A DNA stretch of 16,683 nucleotides. Origin: a bacterium (GTDB taxonomy: Bacteria; SM23-31; JAUVVT01). Positions within the stretch are counted from its first letter, which is position 1. Each line of letters begins with the position of its first letter. The notes below the pieces were generated by a model. It ran no database searches. It was not told the DNA's origin and was given only the letters and a program-made list of their open reading frames with translations. Below are positions 14,908 to 16,683 of this stretch, one piece after another. The DNA lies in contig JAUWXV010000058.1 in assembly GCA_030616165.1 (NCBI GenBank), forward strand, positions 1 to 16,683. The letters run 5' to 3'. The position numbers and the translations under genes are program-made.

Positions 14908-15147
14908 ATCTAAAAAATATCTTAAGTCTAGGACCCAGTATCGATAACGTCGCCTTTAAAATAAATAGTTTTATGAATTATTCAGGTTAAATAACCACAA
15001 AGATATACAAATCCTATTAAGTTTTTGCAACTGTTCTAATATTGCTGTAAATAACAGAAGTACTTAATAATATGAATGTTCTCTTAACCCGATTATTTCA
15101 AAATATTAATCTATACGAAACCTCTCAGAAATCCGAAATGGCATTTA

Positions 15148-16668
15148 TTAAAGCTCCCATCCTCTTCGGTATTCGCGACGCAGATATTCATTCGCTTCAG
15201 GTATGTTTGTAACTTTCATGTTTCTGGAGTCCCACTCTAACGGCGGTGTAGTATGGCTTTCATCGAAATTCCTTCTGCTATATCGTAACGCAACACCGGC
15301 AAGGCATATAGTTTCTGTAACGTCTCTTGCATTTATAAAATTCCCGGGCGACGGTTCCCCCCCTTTGAAAGCCTCTACCCAATCACTATCGCCTCCCCCT
15401 CTGCTCCTTTCTGCTTTAGGAATTTCGTCCACTCCCAGATATTCAAGCATCTTTTTCTCAGGAATGATTTGGTTCCCGAGAATTGTTCCTTTATCGCCGA
15501 CAAACATAGTCCCGGTCGCTGGCATTTGCCTGTTATCCATTTTCAATTCATCAGGTGTTAGAGGTCTCATTCCTCCGTCATACCAATATAAATCAATCGC
15601 GGGTCTTCTCCTTCGTGCCGGAAATCTAAAACGAATTGTGCAGGCATGCGGGAAAGCAAAGTCATTATGTTGAACAATGCTGACCTGGTCTACTATTTCG
15701 CAGGAAGAACTCGGGAGTGCTTCGATACTGTTTGGAACACCCAAATCAAATGCCATAAATATTGGCCAAAGACTATAATTACCCATATCTGCAATACTGC
15801 CACCTCCAAAGTCATACCAACCGCGAAATACAGCATGTGTATAATTCGGATGATAGGGACGATCGACTGCCGGACCGAGCCATAAATCCCAGTCAAAGCT
15901 TCTCGGAACCCGCACTCTTTCAGTTGGAATACTCAGATATTGAGGCCAAAACGGCCTGTCTGTCCAGTTATGAATCTCCCGAAGTGTGCCAATTGCCCCG
16001 TCCAATACCATATCTCTTACTGAATCAATCGGTCTTCTCCAGGCTGACAAGTGTGTTGCTACTCCCGTTTCACGAGCAGTTTCGACCATCAATCTGGCTT
16101 CATATACCCTGTTAGCCAATGGTTTATGCATAACAACATGCTTGCCTTTTTTCATTGCTGCAATTGATATAGTCGCATGGAGATGGTCCGGTGTCATTAC
16201 TTTTACTGCATCTAAGTCCTTTTCCTTTTCCAATAACTCTCTAAAATCAGCATAGGAAGAGCATCCGTTATAACTTTCTGAAGACCTGTTTTTTGCATAG
16301 TACTTTTCTACAACCTCTCGGCCGGGAAGTCGGCCACACCGAATACCATTAACGCCTTCTCCCCAGGTAGGCTCTTCTAAAACCTTTCGTATGCTGTTTC
16401 GAATTCCATTTTTAGACCAGTCAACATAATTTGTGTTGTCTCTTTCAGGGTCACAGACAGCAACAATTTGTATATCAGGATTAGCGACCAACCTAACCAT
16501 TTCCCTTAATCCCTGAGTGCCGCAGCCGATGTAACCTAAGGTAACTTTATCGCTCGGAGCGACATATTTAGGCCCACCTAACACATGTCTTGGAACAACA
16601 GTAAATGCAAAAGTTGCTGCTGCTGAGCCCAGAAATTTTCGACGGTTTATGTTTCTTTTAAGTGTCAT
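15148..16668 (-). CDS. Tat-secreted Gfo/Idh/MocA-family NAD(P)-dependent oxidoreductase (possibly GH109-like)
   Basis: Twin-arginine signal NRRKFLGSAAATFAF, a Rossmann motif LGYIGCGTQG, Gfo/Idh/MocA-like length and core. AGGAGG RBS 7 nt before the ATG. Visibly higher GC (about 43-45%) than the rest of the window. Confidence 0.8.
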   Translation of the reverse strand: MTLKRNINRRKFLGSAAATFAFTVVPRHVLGGPKYVAPSDKVTLGYIGCGTQGLREMVRLVANPDIQIVAVCDPERDNTNYVDWSKNGIRNSIRKVLEEPTWGEGVNGIRCGRLPGREVVEKYYAKNRSSESYNGCSSYADFRELLEKEKDLDAVKVMTPDHLHATISIAAMKKGKHVVMHKPLANRVYEARLMVETARETGVATHLSAWRRPIDSVRDMVLDGAIGTLREIHNWTDRPFWPQYLSIPTERVRVPRSFDWDLWLGPAVDRPYHPNYTHAVFRGWYDFGGGSIADMGNYSLWPIFMAFDLGVPNSIEALPSSSCEIVDQVSIVQHNDFAFPHACTIRFRFPARRRRPAIDLYWYDGGMRPLTPDELKMDNRQMPATGTMFVGDKGTILGNQIIPEKKMLEYLGVDEIPKAERSRGGGDSDWVEAFKGGEPSPGNFINARDVTETICLAGVALRYSRRNFDESHTTPPLEWDSRNMKVTNIPEANEYLRREYRRGWEL

Positions 16669-16683
16669 TTTTTACCTCCTGAT

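Noticed and set aside
13818-15147. tRNA or other canonical RNA gene in the long spacer
   Set aside because: No GTTCRAnYC T-loop or CCA-end-compatible acceptor stem pattern found on either strand. The hairpins present are simple palindromes, not cloverleaf-compatible.
1-16683. CRISPR array, insertion sequence or integrase
   Set aside because: No regularly spaced 24-48 bp direct repeats with unique spacers, and no transposase- or integrase-like ORF in any frame. The only repeats are the 45-bp direct-repeat pair and the GC hairpin family, neither with terminal inverted repeats flanking a transposase.

Overview
This is an AT-rich (roughly 30-35% GC) bacterial window in which every convincing gene lies on the minus strand. 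Read 5' to 3' on that strand, it runs: a Tat-secreted Gfo/Idh/MocA oxidoreductase with clearly higher GC; a 1.3 kb ORF-free, structure-rich spacer; an SPFH/band-7 protein; a MEMO1-like protein and a PHP phosphoesterase; a complex repeat-rich intergenic region; a cytoplasmic PAS histidine kinase; and a sigma54-dependent NtrC-family response regulator (an FlgS/FlgR- or FleS/FleR-like pair). Directly after that pair comes a flagellar operon, flgB-flgC-fliE-fliF-fliG-fliH-fliI-fliJ followed by an FlbB/YlxF-like gene. Two textbook sigma54 promoters (TGGCAT-N5-TTGCA) are readable on the minus strand. One sits upstream of flgB. The other sits downstream of the FlbB-like gene, facing whatever lies beyond the window start. 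Each has the same NGGAAA-N3-TTTCCN palindrome about 115 bp further upstream, a candidate enhancer for the adjacent regulator. Features not explained by the genes: a family of GC-rich hairpin repeats oriented as plus-strand terminators with no plus-strand gene to terminate; a 45-bp direct-repeat pair carrying RBS-ATG mini-ORFs; two perfect palindromes of 21-22 bp; and a helically phased array of TGATAA/TTATCA (Fur-box-like) motifs in the 1.3 kb spacer. No tRNA, rRNA, CRISPR array or transposase gene was recognised. Product calls rest on motifs read in the translated ORFs, not on database searches.
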